From contig NC_042998.1 in the NCBI RefSeq assembly GCF_006345805.1, forward strand, positions 170,190,001 to 170,254,000: DNA of 64,000 bases, read 5' to 3'. This stretch comes from Octopus sinensis (lineage: Eukaryota). The notes under the pieces are model-generated. The model saw nothing but the letters and a program-made list of their open reading frames with translations. It had not been told where the DNA came from and did not search any database. Each line of letters opens with the position of its first letter. Within the stretch, counting starts at the first letter, position 1. This document shows positions 63,336 through 64,000 of this stretch, piece by piece. Position numbers and translations under genes: made by a program.

Positions 63336-64000
63336 CAGGTGCTGAATTGCTCCCCTCCTCCCCACATCTCCTTCCCAGTTTTCAGAGTTGGCACTGTCAA
63401 TGTTGGTACATTGAAAGGTAGGTCTAGTGAGATTGTAGAGATGCTTGAGAGAAGACGGGTTGCTGCATACAAGAGGTAAGATGAAGAGGTGCCTCAGCTA
63501 GGATCCTCACAGGCAAGGCACATAGGTATAAAGTCTTCTGGCAAGGTAACATGGATGGTGTAGGGGGTGTAGGCATTTTCCTTGCTGAGAAATGGGTGGA
63601 TAAGGTCATAGAGGTTGTCAGGGTTTGCGATAGAGTGCTTAAGCTCAGGTTAGTCCTACAGAGTTTCACAGCTACGATTATCTCCGCCTATGCCCCACAA
63701 GCGGGACTACCAAATGATCAGAAGGACCACTTTTATGATACCCTTCTACAGGCTACCTCAAAGACTAGTGGCAAGGACCTCATCTTTGTGAGTGGAGACT
63801 TTAATGGGCATGTTGAGCGGGAATCAGGTATCTTCACTGGGTTACACGGTGGCCATGGTATTGGCACCAGAAATGATGAGGGAACTAGACTACTGGAATT
63901 CTGTGATGCATGTAACCTTTTAATCTGCAACACTAACTTCAGGAAGCCTGACTGCCACCTTATAACCTATCAGTCAGGAGACTCCGCTAGCCAAATAGAC
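63336..64000 (+). mobile_element. RTE-clade LINE, apurinic endonuclease domain, runs off the window
   Basis: FRVGTVNVGTLKGRSSEIVEMLERRRV, then a frameshift and TGA at 63482-63484, then 172 open codons with ISAYAPQ, GDFNGHV, RNDEGTRLLEFC and NTNFRK...ITYQSG. Confidence 0.9.

Overview
AT-rich, repeat-dense animal genomic DNA. The SINE/RTE/MITE repertoire looks like octopus (coleoid cephalopod); this is my inference, not shown by the sequence. One host gene is supported: the 3' part of an RPRD2-like gene on the + strand, in five exons (418-649, 1036-1053, 30239-30385, 39325-39432, 43797-46096). They splice with GT-AG junctions, all introns phase 1, into one 2805-nt open frame (934 aa plus stop); the N-terminal CTD-interacting domain must lie upstream of the window. 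The most unusual object is inside the 29-kb second intron: a single, fully open 269-nt beta-catenin/armadillo exon on the minus strand (11008-11276, about residues 156-245 of human CTNNB1). It keeps a splice donor at the conserved intron position, but I found no neighbouring beta-catenin exons by eye. It lies between the left and right ends of a pogo/Tigger-type DNA transposon (8078-11700), suggesting gene-fragment capture (Pack-type element) or a nested, diverged paralogue. The rest is transposon debris: two mariners, a Tc1/mariner deletion derivative, hAT remnants, TTAA MITEs, a Helitron, a Helentron-like element, RTE, CR1/L2 and Penelope-like remnants, SINEs and microsatellites. All homology calls come from motif recognition by eye, with no database search.
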